Under the pieces are notes generated by a model, which made no database searches, was not told where the DNA came from, and worked only from the letters and a program-made list of their open reading frames with translations. 63,882 nucleotides of DNA from Okamejei kenojei (Eukaryota), in NCBI GenBank assembly GCA_035221665.1, contig CM069137.1, positions 38,502,001 through 38,565,882 of the forward strand. The letters run 5' to 3'. Both the position numbers and the translations under genes were made by a program. This document shows positions 1-13,312 of the stretch, piece after piece. Numbering within the stretch: position 1 is the stretch's first letter; each line of letters starts with the position of its first letter.

Positions 1-104
1 CCATGTTTTATCTATACAATTGTGAATGCTTCTGCTCATTAAATAAAAGCTACAACATTAATTATTTTGCCCCAGCCTGTTGTGGCATAGGTTGTAACTG
101 CATG

Positions 105-1922
105 GATGAACTACAACAATTGTTCATCCCAGTTTGGCAAAAGAATAAATCAGGGAAGGTAGTGCATCCATGGATAGCAAGGGAAATCAGGGATAGTATA
201 AAAACAAAAGATGAAGCATACAAATTAGCCAGAAAAAACAGCCAACCAGAGGACTGGGAGAAATTCAGAGTCCAGCAGAGGAGGACAAAGGGCTTAATTA
301 GGAAAGGAGAAGTAGATTATGAAAGAAAACTGGCAGGGAACATAAAAACTGACTGCAAAATTTTTATAGATATGTGAAGAGAAAGAGATTAGTTAAAACA
401 AATGTAGGTCCCTTGCAGTCAGAAACAGGTGAATTGATAATGGGGAACAAGGACATGGCAGACCAATTGAATAACTACTTTGATTTTGTCTTCACTAAGG
501 AAGGCATAAATAATCTGCCAGAAATAGCAGGGGACCGGGGGTCTATTAGGGTGGAGGAACTGAGTGAAATCCAGGTTTGCTGAGAAGTGGTGTTGGGTAA
601 ATTGAATGGATTAAAGGTCGATAAATCTCCAGGGCCAGATAGTGTGCATCCCAGAGTACTCAAGGAAGTAGCCACAGAAATAGTAGATGCATTAGTGATA
701 ATTTTTCGAAACTCCTTAGATTCTGGAGTAGTTCCTGAGGATTGGAGGGTAGCTAATGTAACCCCACTTTTTAACAAAGGAGGTAGAGAGAAAACGGGGA
801 ATTACAGACCAGTTAGAGTAACATTGGTAGTGGGGAAACTGCTAGAGTCAATTATTAAAGATGGGATAGCAGTACATTTGGAAAGTGGTGAAATCATTAG
901 ACAAAGTCAGCATGGATTTACGAAAGGTAAATCATGTCTGACGAATCTTATAGAATTTTCCGAGGATGTAAGTGCCAGAGTGAGAGGCAGGGAGAACCAG
1001 TGGATGTGTGATATCTAGACTTTCAGAAGGCTTTCGACAAGGTCCCACATAAGAGATTAGTGTACAAACTTAAAGCACACAGTATTGGTGGTTCAGTATT
1101 GATGTGGATAGAGAACTGGCTGGCAGACAGGAAGCAAAGGGTAGGAGTAAACGGGTCCTTTTCAGAGTGGCAGGCAGTGACTAGTGGGGTACAGTAAGGC
1201 TCAGTGCTGTGACCCCAGCTATTTACAATATGTATTAATGATTTGGACGAGGGAATTGAATGCAACATCTCCAAGTTAGCAGATGACACTAAGCTGGGGG
1301 GTAATGTTAGGTGTGAGGAGGATGCTATGAGGCTGCAAGGTGACTTGGATAGGCTGGGTAAGTGGGCAAATGCATGGCAGATGCAGTATAATGTGGATAA
1401 ATGTGAGGTATAGAGGGGGTGCAGAGAAGGTTCACCAGACTGATTCCTGGGGTGTCAGGACTTTCATATGAGGAAAGACTGGATAGACTTGGCTTGTACT
1501 CGCTAGAATTTAGAAGACTGAGGGGGGATCTTATAGAAACTTACAAAATTCTTAAGGGGTTGGATAGGCTAGATGCAGGAAGATTGTTCCCGATGTTGGG
1601 GAGGTCCAGAGCAAGGGGTCACAGTCTAAGGATAAGGGGGAATTCCTTTAGGACCGAGATAAGGAAAACATTTTTCACACAGAGAGTGGTGAGTCTCTGG
1701 AATTCTCTGCCACAGAAGGTAGTTGAGGCCAGTTCATTGGCTATATTTAAGAGGGAGTTAGATGTGGCCCTTGTGGCTAATGGGATCAGGGGGTATGGAG
1801 AGAAGGCAGGTACAGGATACTGATTTGGATGATCAGCCATGATCATATTGAATGACTGAGCAGGCTCGAAGGGCCGAATGGCCCACTCCTGCACCTATTT
1901 TCTATGTTTCTATGTTTCTATG
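105..1922 (+). mobile_element. CR1-clade LINE (5'-truncated, decayed ORF2)
   Basis: ORF fragments KSPGPD.VHPRVLKE, WRVANVTPLF.KG.R...NYRPV, QHGF.KGKSCLTNL and RRLRGDLIETYKI. 3' tail (TTTCTATG)n. Internal deletion at ~1409. Confidence 0.93.
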
Positions 1923-2372
1923 AATGTACCCATTGTCCCGAAGTGATTCACTGAGGTTGTAGGGAACAAAATTCGTTGTGGATCGGTAGTCAAATACTGA
2001 CTGTGAATGAAAGTCAACCATGTAACCAATTATGATAATATTGCTTTTGCTTTATTATAAAAAAAAGGTGCTAAACATCTTTACCCATTTTAGATCTATG
2101 CTTTGCGACAGTGAGGAAGTGTATTAAAAGTGTGAGTGATCTAATTATGATTAATGGTTGAGTTTGGTGAAAATTAGTTTACCCAACTTCTCCAAAAGGA
2201 AGTAGAAAGTTTGTGTACAGTTACCTAACTGGTACACCACAGAAACACATCATTCAAACTTACTCCTTTATGTAATGCTAAGACCCCCAACAGCCCCCCT
2301 TCAATTGACCTATAATCAAGACCCTCTATTAATTTCTCCTTCGAGTAATTATCTAGCTTGTCTTTATTTGTC

Positions 2373-2688
2373 TCAGCACAGTGGCATGGTAGTAGAGTTG
2401 CTGCTTGACAGTGCCAGAGATCCGAGGTTTGATTCTGACTGTGGGTGCTGTCTGTGCGGAGTTAGTACTTGCTCCCTGTGATTGCATGGGTTTTCTCTAG
2501 GTGCTCCAGATTCCTCCCACACTCCAAAGACGTACATGTTTGTAAGTTAACTGGCTTCAGTAAAATTGTAAATTGTACCTAGTGTGCGGGATAGATCTAG
2601 TGTATGGGGTGATTGCTGGTCAGTGCGGACTCGGTGGCCCCAAGAGCCAGTTTCCGCACTATCTCTAAAGTCCAATGTCTAAAGTCTC
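2373..2688 (+). mobile_element. tRNA-derived V-SINE (HE1-like elasmobranch SINE)
   Basis: tRNA-like head with degenerate A/B boxes. V-domain TGTGCGGAGTT...GCATGGGTTTTCTC.AGGTGCTCC.GATTCCTCCCACACTCCAAAGAC. CR1-like 3' end with CTAAAGT repeats. Confidence 0.8.
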
Positions 2689-3777
2689 AAGCCATGCAAT
2701 AGCACTTTCTACACGCATACGATTCTGTGCGTAAAGAAGTTTGTTCTCCAGTCCTTCTTAGATTTATTACTTCCTTGTAAGCTAACAACTAGTTTTGCTT
2801 TTTCCATATGTGGTAACACTTTACTTATATCTACCTTATCAAACTCCTTCATAACTGAAAGCCTTCTATCAGATTAGCTGTCAGCCAACTCTTCTACTAC
2901 CCACATTCATATCAGCTCATAAATTTTGCCCAATATCCTGAAAAAATGTTATAAACCCTCAATTCTACACCAAAAAAAACAATGCTATGAAAACTAACAC
3001 TAATCAAGTTTTAGATAGAAATTTGCTGCAAAATTAAAGCACAAACAATTAGAGCTATTAAAATTATTTTGAAATGTCTGAATATCAAAAGATTCCAGGC
3101 AAGTGATGGAGATTGTTTTTTTACTGATGAATTAATTACAATGAGTTATCACAATATTTCAGTCACAATATTCTGAAGCACATTTGCAAATTAAAATATT
3201 GATGGATTTATTATCTATAAACTATCCAAATTTTCCATGACAAAATTTGTCCAATTAAAGTAATGTAAAATAAGAGCACACAATTATTAAACTACACTTC
3301 AACTAACTTCAAATTCTACTGTGCTTGTGTCCCTGTAAATCTCTCGATAGAAATATATGCAGTGATTTGAAACTAAGGTAAACTGCAAATTCATTTCACT
3401 ACTTTGCTCAGGGTAATGATCTTGTATTCCATTCTGTTTTACAAATGGATGTTTTTTGTGGATTCTAGGGTTGTGGTCCAGTTGTCATTTATGAGGAAGA
3501 CTATTTCACATTTAATTCTTAATTTCTGGGTCTTTCCTTCTGTTTCCTGTCATGTAATTGACTGACGCATTAAAAAATATATCCATGCATTAAAAGATTA
3601 GGGGCTCACTAAATAATATTTCTTATCATCTTTCAACTTTTAGCTAAATCATTTCTATTGGAGGGGATTACACAGCATTAACTGGATATACTATTCTCGA
3701 CTGAAGCAGGGTTCACTAGGTGCGCAGTGGAAATGATATGGACAGTACAAGCTCAACCTTAAATAAATAGATTAACA

Positions 3778-4012
3778 GGGGACAGTGCATGATACATCGT
3801 GTTAGCATACTGACCTGTTACATTTGGGACACAGAGTTGAATCCAGTGCAGACAGATGGGATGAAAAATCTATTTTCCTTCCTAGCAGTATGGGTTTGAT
3901 GTGAAATGCCTTTGGGCTTTCACAATCAAGTTTCTTGTGAGTTCAAACATAAATTGCCATTAAATTGGCACTCACATCCAGAGTCATTAGAATGGCTAAC
4001 ATTGAAAATGGG
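3778..4012 (+). mobile_element. Ancient SINE remnant, LF-SINE-like
   Basis: Ordered motifs TACTGA..TGGGAC..TTGAATCCAG..ATGTGAAATG..AATTGGCAC resemble the LF-SINE consensus as I remember it; highly diverged. Confidence 0.35.
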
Positions 4013-7000
4013 AAAATTCACGCAGGTACAGCAGGGGTGCATTTCTGAAGTTGGTGTTAAGACTCATTAGTGGGATGAATTATTGGCCATAATTCATTAT
4101 ATGAATGGCTTTGTAGTGTTTCAATGTGATAAGGCTTGGTGTAAGTCAATTACTGTTTACTTATTATTTCCAGGATTGAGAAACCTCTACTGAGCATGTG
4201 CCTGTGTAACATGTAATTCAGGATTAGTTGATGCTAATGATAGCTGCTGAAGTCGAAAATAAATGATAAGATTCATATCGATAAACCCAAAACAGAAGAA
4301 TAAAAAAGAGATTAAAAGTAATTGTGATGATATTAGATGTATTGTTAAAAGCAAAATCCCCACAGCTTTACATTTGCTATATTTTTAATTGATTTATGAC
4401 ATGATCAAAATGATTATTTGAATATAGAAACCATGATAAAACCTTATCATTATGTAGAATAGAAAAAAAATGGTTTCTCTTTCTTCCTAATATACTATAG
4501 AGCTAAGGATTTGAGCTTCAAACACAATTAGCTTCCTGACATAAGGTAAGCCTTACAATGCAAAGGTATTTCATGTAATTTTATAAATAATTGAAAGTCG
4601 TAACCTGAGTCATAACCTGACATTAGCAGAACTTAATATGCTCAAATCATCTGTTGTTTAGTACACAACTAAGTTATTATGTTTTATTTTAAATTATTTA
4701 AATTAACAGTATATATTTGCATTATATGTTTCATATTTTACTTGGGACTGCACAACTGATAGATTTGTTTTAAAATAAATAAGCCATGTAATAATTCCTA
4801 TGCAAAAAAATTGGTAATGATTCATTTTGTTTCATTCATTTAAATTAAGCTTAAGTTAAAAATTATATTGTATGTTACTTCAGCAGGTTACAATAGTCCT
4901 CCGTCTATTTTGATCTCTGATTGAACAATCAAATATTGAGTTACAAAGATTTCAATCTAAGAAGTCTTTTAAATATCGTATCATTTACACCTCAACCACC
5001 TTGGGTACGTGAGATTGCTAAGCCTAAATTCAATTGCCATTAATTAAAAACTTCATCAGGCTCCAATCAATAGATTCCAATCTGTAAATGTTGTTTAATT
5101 ATTGGTCAGAAGTAGCATTGAAGACAGACTGCGAGATCTTGAGAATTATGAATAAGAAGGCGGTCAATATGTAATGAAGGCACACCCAACAGCAGAGGAG
5201 AGTTTCAAATCTCATTACAAATAAAATATGTATCACTTTTTTTTCATATTTTTGTGGTCTCATTATTCTACAAGTTATCAGAATGTTAACTACTAAAAAT
5301 GGTATGTAATAATCTTGATTTATGAAACCTTCCAGTATCGAACACAAAAATTAAAATAAAGATTTGACATCAGGCTGCCAAATGTATTTTCATTTGAATA
5401 TATACTAATAAACTTCAATCCACTATGTAAAATGTAGCCAATATTATAGTGTGAAGTATCTTATTTCTGAACAACATTAACATATGCCACTAACAGGCAG
5501 CCACGTCTTCTGCTGAAGCAACATCGGCGATGTATTTTATTTTAAAGTTATTTTATTTTAAAGTAAAATGGAAATTATTTTTTGCAGAGAGAATTAAGGA
5601 ATATTTTTTTGTCTCCCAAGTATGACAAGTTCTTTTTTTGTTATTGTGTGAATATATAGTCTAAATTAGTCTGGAGTTTGTAATTCTAGTTATTATTGAA
5701 CATAATTTTTTGGAACATCTTATTGTCCCAGTATGGTCATTATCAATTCAGGAACATTTCAGAATAAATATATATATATGTGATAAAACAATATTATTTA
5801 ACAAAGTTCTTTATTTGGTTCTTCAACGATCAAGTTTGACAGGCTTTTATTTTCACTAATTCCGTCAATTCTGAAATTACAATATTCATCAAAGCAGAGA
5901 CATAACTAAACTTTCCACATTGCGATGTGAATGAATCGACTTAAGTATGCCTAAAATTACGTTTAATAAGTTTGAGTAAAAACATTTTTGTGTCTGTTTA
6001 TTGCAATGCCCAATTAGATAGATTTACCCAAGAATCACCTAATATTGGTCCTTGGGTATCATTAGCATAAAACAGTATGCTCTGGCTGCCAATGAAGGAT
6101 CCTGATTTTAGTAAAATTCAGGTGTTTTTTGAACTGATTGATTCTGGGTCAGCAGTGGCCAGCAGTATTTCTATGCAGTGTGCATATACTCCTTGTTCTA
6201 TATTAATGTTAATGAAAATAAACTTTACTTACCATGTATCAGGCTGTCTGTTGGGGTTCATTCAAACACCATTGATTAGGCTACTGCAGTGCCTGAGAAA
6301 CTAGTTGAGCTTGTCCAGTGTGGGCTCTTCTTAGCTTTTTTTTTTTAACCAATTTCAGGGAGTTATCCGTAATCTGATGTTAACATATGCAAGGGTCTTA
6401 TTGCCTGTTTAAGGTGGTCATAAAGAATGCCTGCATAGTACCCGAGTAGTATCCAAGTCAATACCTTAATGAATATATTTCAGCCATCGTTCTACCTTGG
6501 CTCATCACAATGATCATATATGCCTATTTTATGTCTGAAACACAAAATGATGCTTTTCTTTCCTTAATTTATCCGGAAATATTGGAAACATTCATAAATT
6601 TGATGTTAAAATTACAATTATAATTCTGTGAGAAAACAATGAAATTGTCTTACATTTAACTAAAATAAAGAAAATTGCGAAGATGTAGACAAAGGCAACA
6701 AACACAAATTAACTGCAAAAAAAGCCTAAACTAAACATTACTAAATTGTTGGTAACGTATTTTTCAATCTGGAATTACCCTCCCCCAAAAACAATCAAAT
6801 TCATGCAACAGCTGGAAAGCTTAGTCTAATGTCCTGTACTTAAATGTGGAAGGTCACAGAGTACTGATCTAAGGAACTGTGAAGTCTTGCTCATCCGACT
6901 GTTGACACTTAGTAAACGGAGAAGGAGGGACTTGTGTGTGCATCTGCAAAAGTATAAGCCCAACAGCAGAAAGAATAGGAAGCTGGTTCTATTCATGATT

Positions 7001-9019
7001 TGCAGGGGTCCTACTGAATCAGTGGGGAAAGGCAAAAAGCCCCTCCACCACTTCTGCATTAACTTGTATTATAACAGGATTAAAGTAAATTTAGCTCCTG
7101 TATTAGCATACTTTAACCCCATTCACTCTTACTTGATGTTTCCGATGGCCTTTGATCAGCCTTGCATGGTGCTGGTCAACTCAGAACGAAGCAGTCAGAA
7201 GTGAGACTGTGAAATTATCCTGATGTTGGATCTCACAAGAAATGTTTGTTGGAGCTTTCATCCACTTTCAGAGAACACCCTTACAGTTCCCATCCCATTC
7301 TGTGAAAGTAACTTTTGATCTCATCAGAAGATGGCCACTTGCCAGTCAGCCAGTATATATTTTAAGAAAGGGAATTTGAAATGTATTTCATTTTTTTATC
7401 ATCTTGTCATGCTATTTCTAGAGCTTATTCTCCCATTTATGTATTCATTTGCATATAAATTAAACGCGCATTGTTGCTTCCAGGCAGTTGTGCACAAAAA
7501 CATTGACTTTACCAGAGTTCTTTGTTTTATTGCTCCATGCAGCAGCTAAATGGAAGGGTGGAGAAACCAGAGTAAATTTGTACCAATTTAATTGCTTGTT
7601 TGTTTTCTAACTATCCTTTTAATATCTGTATTTTTAAACATTTGCTCACTGTAACCCCCCAAAAAAACATGACTATTAGGACATAGAAGCTAAAAATGCA
7701 AAAGTATTCTAATACTTTCAGTGTTAACCTATTGAGGAAACCTACTGTGGGAAGTATGTATTCAAAACATCTTCAGGTTTAATAATACAGTGCAGGCACC
7801 GAAACAACAGTTTGGGTGATGGAAACTCATGCTTAAGGTAATTCACAAAGCACTACCAAAAGAATTGAGGTACAAAATGAAAATGTGTCCGAATGAAATT
7901 TATGTGAGAAAAAAAAACTAAAGAAACACAAAACGAAATACAGAAGAAATAGCAAATGTTGTTAATTTTTCCAAAGAGTTTGTATTACATAAAATCGCAA
8001 TACAGACGGGTTTCCAAGAAAACAACCCCGCTATAAAGCGGGGGTGTACCATACATTCATATTATGTAGCTTCTTGCTTATATTTGGAAATCACTAAACT
8101 TTAGCAAATATGATTCTTAGATGTTAAATCCAAATGATTAAAGCTAAAATTAATAGGTTTGGCACATTTTACTGAATTTAACAGGTTAAGCCAATGTATC
8201 TGGTACAGATAACCAATTTATAATTATCATAAGACATGTAATTTCAAGAATTCATTAGGTACTTCTGAAAAATGCTTATATTATGTCAATAGCTGAGTAG
8301 ATTGAATTAAATAATGGTGTGCAGTATACTGTATAAGCATAGATAATTTTTGAGATTGTTAATGAGCTACAATTCAATCCCAAAGTGATTGCCTTATGTT
8401 ACAAGGGGGAAATATCCTTACATTACATACAATGTTACCATTATTATTATTTTTTTTTAAATGGTTCAGTAAATATTGTTCAAAATGGCCAATTTCTCAT
8501 GAAGCTAGGAAAAATTTACATGGAGAAATTATGGGAATAAATTGTTGGAATCACCAAATTTCAAACAAATGTTAATATTTTTCTGCAGTTTCTTTTATAA
8601 TCACAATGGAAAAATAAGTTTAAAATCTCTTACTTCTTTATTTTAAATGTTTTCAGTGATTTGGAACTTTAAGTTGAAAGTTTTTTTGCTGCCCTTATGT
8701 ACGCTTCAGAATTCATGAAAACTACTTCCTAGGATAGATCTAGGATAGATCTATGGGGTGATTTTCTTTTCATATCCTTTTCTTATTAACAAATAGTTAA
8801 TAAAAGCTCATTCTAAGATCTGCAAACTTTACAGCCGCTTAATAAAAAGGTTTTATCTTCAGATTATTAAATAAGATAGAAACCAGGCAGCTGTTATTTG
8901 TAAAGGAAAAATGTTGGATCCCAAAATGTTTGGATGTAATTTGTGCAGTGTTGGAAAACTGGACATATTTCAGTGCAATCACTTAATGCATTGAATCATG
9001 GTCACGATCAAATTATTTT

Positions 9020-9690
9020 AATGATACTCTTATTCAATTTATAGAATATAAGGGCAAGGAAGTCATGAAAAATCTTTGTAAAACATTGGTTCAGTTCCAA
9101 CTGGATTACAGCATCCAATTCTGGACACCATGCTTCAGGAAAGATTTGAAGGCTTCAGAGAGGATGCAGAAGAGATTTATTCAAATAAATCAGGAGACAA
9201 AAGATGTTTGTTGTGTAGATTGACTGGAGATTATGCTTTTTTTCTCTCTCATTGGAACAGGGGCAGTTGATTATGGATCTGATACTTAAATCAGGGTCAA
9301 GGCAGACTGAATGGAGCAAATCAGTGCCCATTGATGATGTTTAAGAATCAGAGAAATCAATCAAGGTAACGGACCAAAGAACCACAAGTAGCACAGGTAA
9401 AGGATTTCCTCATGGTGCAAGTGGCTAGGATTCAGAAAGTAAAGCCAGTTGGGTGGTGGACAACAAGCAATGAAAGATTTATAGATACAATTTGTAGACA
9501 ATATCTATGGGGAGAGAAACACTTAACTGTCAGGTTTGGGGATAGTGGAAAGTAAAACAGATTAATTGCAGTACTCAGAAAGGAAGGAAATGTTTAGGGT
9601 GGTGGGGAAACCACAGCAGAAATTATTAAGCTGAATCACTGTTGCATTAGCCTGGCATGTACTTGATGGGCCAAATGGTCTGACTTGCTA
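9020..9690 (+). mobile_element. Old CR1 LINE 3' fragment
   Basis: Degenerate CATCCAATTCTGG.CACCA..CTTCAGGAAAGAT...AGAGGATGCAGAAGAGATTTA and tail TTGATGGGCCAAATGG. Confidence 0.65.
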
Positions 9691-12519
9691 TTTTTCTTTG
9701 ACGCTATTGTCCTGTAATATCAATACTAATATGGTGGCATAATCATATTAATTTCATGTATCGGCTGCTTTATGGATGAAATCAGCAAATTTTAAATAAA
9801 TATGTGAACACACTTGTTTAGATAATGGACAGAACTTTTTACAGACTTGTAATAACAGAAGTACAATTGCTATGCTCACAAAATGTCTAGCCAAAAATAT
9901 AGTTTATGAAATATAGGCATAAACATAAATATTCCCTTGTAGGAAAATAAATTAAACTAAATCCATTAATTCAAAATATTGAACATATTTTCAGTAAAAG
10001 TAAAACAAAAGCAAAATATAAATGTGGTATGGTTATTTCTGTTATCAATTCTAGTCCTTGGTTTTACATGTCAAGATGAAATGCTGTTAAGTTGTTGTAT
10101 TTTTGCAAAGTTCATTTTAGTGCTATTAAGTGATATTTAATTAAAATGTAACTCATTTATTGTAGTTGAAGCATTCCTTAAATAGATCATAAGGCTCTTT
10201 GTATTTTTAAAAAAAGCACTGACACAGCAATAATTTAAAATACTTTTAATGCCTTAGATGATTTTGTTTATTTTGTTCCTTACATTTTGTGGATAATTTC
10301 TACAAATGAAATTATGTTATATTATATGGAGTACCGTCAATAATTAAATTTCATTTTTCATGTTCTATCACTGCATATTACAATAGCTTCATTATGACTG
10401 CATTAGGCTGGAGATAATTGTCCAAATTTTGGATTGTTCAAGCTACTAATTCTGTGCTGCAATTTTAGCTGTGCCTTGTAACCAAGCAAATCTACATCAG
10501 ACAAAGCAAATATCAAATATAAAATCAAGTTTTTTCTCCTATAATAATTTGTCATCTTCCCCAACCATACAAGAACATTCCATCCCCCACATATGTTCTT
10601 TTTTATTTCATTTCCTGCTATTATACTTGCCATTCCTGTGAGATTGCTAATTTATGTATAAATGTAAGTAGGTTTTTATAGTGGGTTCATGGGTCGATGG
10701 GAATTCATTTTATATATGAACCCTATAGCCAGCTTTGAGGAGAGATTTCCATTCCATCATTTGAGTCTGCAATCAAATCCATGGCCCAAAGGTAAAAAGA
10801 CAATATGTACTGAACCATGGGAATATTTTATCCATCGTAATATATATGAAACGATCAAGTATCATAGTGCTTCTGACATTCTTTTAAAAAGAAATGCAAG
10901 AATACTGCCATTGATATGCTTGAATAAACTAAAATATATGAAAACCTTTTAAGAGCTTCAAAAATGACCACATTGAATTGAAAAGATCACTTCACTAGGT
11001 CCATTCAAGCTCAAAAACAAGAAATTACCATAAACTGCATAATCACCGTCAGATGTATTGCTTCTCTGTTAATGAGCCTAAAACTTTTATGCATTGTGTA
11101 CTATTTTCCAAGAACACATGAAGAAAAACATTTAGGCTTAGATTAATATTATTAACAGAGTTAGTTCATCATAAAGCACCATTAATTGAAGAACTGGATT
11201 TGACTTCAGATTTTCAGCTGAAAGATGGGACAAAAATTGTTAGACCCACACACTATCACTGTCCAGTGATTTCCTATTGAAAAAGGGTGCATGTGTAGAT
11301 CTTGGTTGAGGCCAAAGATCATAGAGGTTGAGGCCGTGTAGAGAACTGCCACACTAACGTCCACAAATGAATATTCTGCTGACATTAACCATGAGAATTA
11401 TATATGAAAAATTGATACTTGGTTAAATTATAGATGCAATACATAAGCACTGTAGATTTTGACATCTGCAAAGATAATGAAAAAAAATGAGAACAAATAA
11501 AAATACATTAAAATGACATTTTATAAAAAGTATTAATTGCTTCACTGCTTGAATGTAGTTTATCACCATGACTTGTTTCACTAACTTGTATTCTTTTGTA
11601 CTGTTATCCCTAAATGTAGGCATAAAAGTGTACTACTAATATTGAAACGTACATTCTTAATGGTTATATTGTAAAAATTAATGTCAATTTTAAAGAATAT
11701 AAAATCAAGTGCATATGTACTTATATGCAACAAATCAAGTCTTACAAGGAGTCAACAACAAAATATTGTGGGGAAATTAAATTTATTTTTTTTGTTTTTT
11801 CATTCTTTTATTTCACTGCTGAAGTTTCTGTACTTTTGCACTTCTATGTATTTGTATGTTCTGCTGTTCAATGCTTTTCTCTCATTCTTTTATTCTGGCT
11901 TTCTTTGCATCCTCCCTTTTTATATATTTTTTCTTATTAATGGTATCTCTTCGATTTTAGGGTCCATCATTGGGAGCGGTACGCTGAAAGGTCAACTGCT
12001 TCCAGCATTTACCAAAGTCAGCTTTGGTTCGACCATTTGGAGCTATATGTTTCATATCAGAAAACCCATTATACGTGATTCAATTAATCACAGAATCAGA
12101 AACAGGCCCGTTAGCTCACCAAGTCCATGTCATCCCATCAAATGTGTTCCTCTTTTCTACATTCAGCATTCTGTTCACATAGCATGTATTTCTGTTTAGT
12201 TTATTAGTCTTCTGGCTATTTTAATTCATATAATCATTCCCTGTATTTTCTTTTTATCAACATTTGCTATTGACTCTCTCTAATGTTGTTCCAGATCTTT
12301 GATATGTCTCTGTGTATTTTAAGGCCCCAGGTAAAATTTGAAAAAATGCTCAACATAAGCAAGCTAAAACTAGTGCAAAAAAGTATGCATCCAATGATCA
12401 TTGTATGAGAACCAACCAGAATTTATTGCAATATTATTCAGGAAGTAAGGAAAAAGCATAGAATATCAAATAAAGATCCAACTGATAAGCATAAGAAAAA
12501 CACGATAGATATGGAAATT

Positions 12520-13312
12520 GACATAGAAAGTGCAGTATAGAATGGTGAATTGTTTGCAATTCAAGGTGAGCTAGCCATTTGGATTCAATATTAGCATGGA
12601 GGAACGAGTCAAAGGGCAGTTGTTGTTGCTTTTCATACTGGAGGTCTATGACCAGTAGAGTACTGCAGGGTTCAGTGCTGGACCTACTGCTGTTTGTTAT
12701 ATACTTGAATGATTTGGATGACAATGTAGTGAATATTGTTACTAAATTTGCAGGTGACATCAAAATTAGTGGTAGGTACAAAGTGAGGAAGGATATCTTA
12801 CTTTACACCAAGATTTAGAACAGTTGGGAAACCAGGCCAAAGAGCGTCAAATAGAAGTTAACTCAGACAAAGGTGAGGTTTTGCACTTTACTATGTCAAA
12901 TCAGGGCAGGACTTGGTGGAACCTTGGAATGTACTGCCAAACTGAGAAACCTGGCTGTACAGGTGCAAGTCCCAAAACCTGACAAGTCATGTGGACAGTG
13001 TGGTGAACAAGTCATTTAGCATGCTTACCTTTATAGGGAAGGATATTGAGGTCCCTCTTAAATCACTCCCCTCTGACCTTTGTCACTCTGAGGGTATTAT
13101 GAATTTGAAATAGGCATCCAGAGGAAGCTATAGAAATGCATGCAATCATGACTTTTAAAGACATTCAGACAGATATATGGGTAGGAAGTGTTTAGAGGCT
13201 ATGGGCCAAATACAGGCAAATGGGATTAGTCCAGAATGCCAATGTGGTTGGCATGGACAGGGTGGACCGAAGGGCATGTTTTGGTGATATACAGCTCTAT
13301 GACTCCATGGTT
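12520..13312 (+). mobile_element. Old CR1 LINE fragment
   Basis: QGSVL..LLFVIYLNDLD and TKFAGD RT motifs. 3' tail GGACCGAAGGGC...CTCTATGACTC. Confidence 0.8.

Noticed and set aside
475-1894. Minus-strand ORFs (475-777, 1023-1289, 1619-1894)
   Set aside because: Antisense shadows of CR1 ORF2.
8022-8048. Hairpin CCCCGCT-ATAA-AGCGGGG as a terminator
   Set aside because: Eukaryotic context; more likely a collapsed DNA-transposon TIR remnant and too short to call.
11681-12199. 172-aa ORF
   Set aside because: F/L/I-rich product of T-rich DNA, no recognisable domain, and it runs into an antisense CR1 tail remnant.
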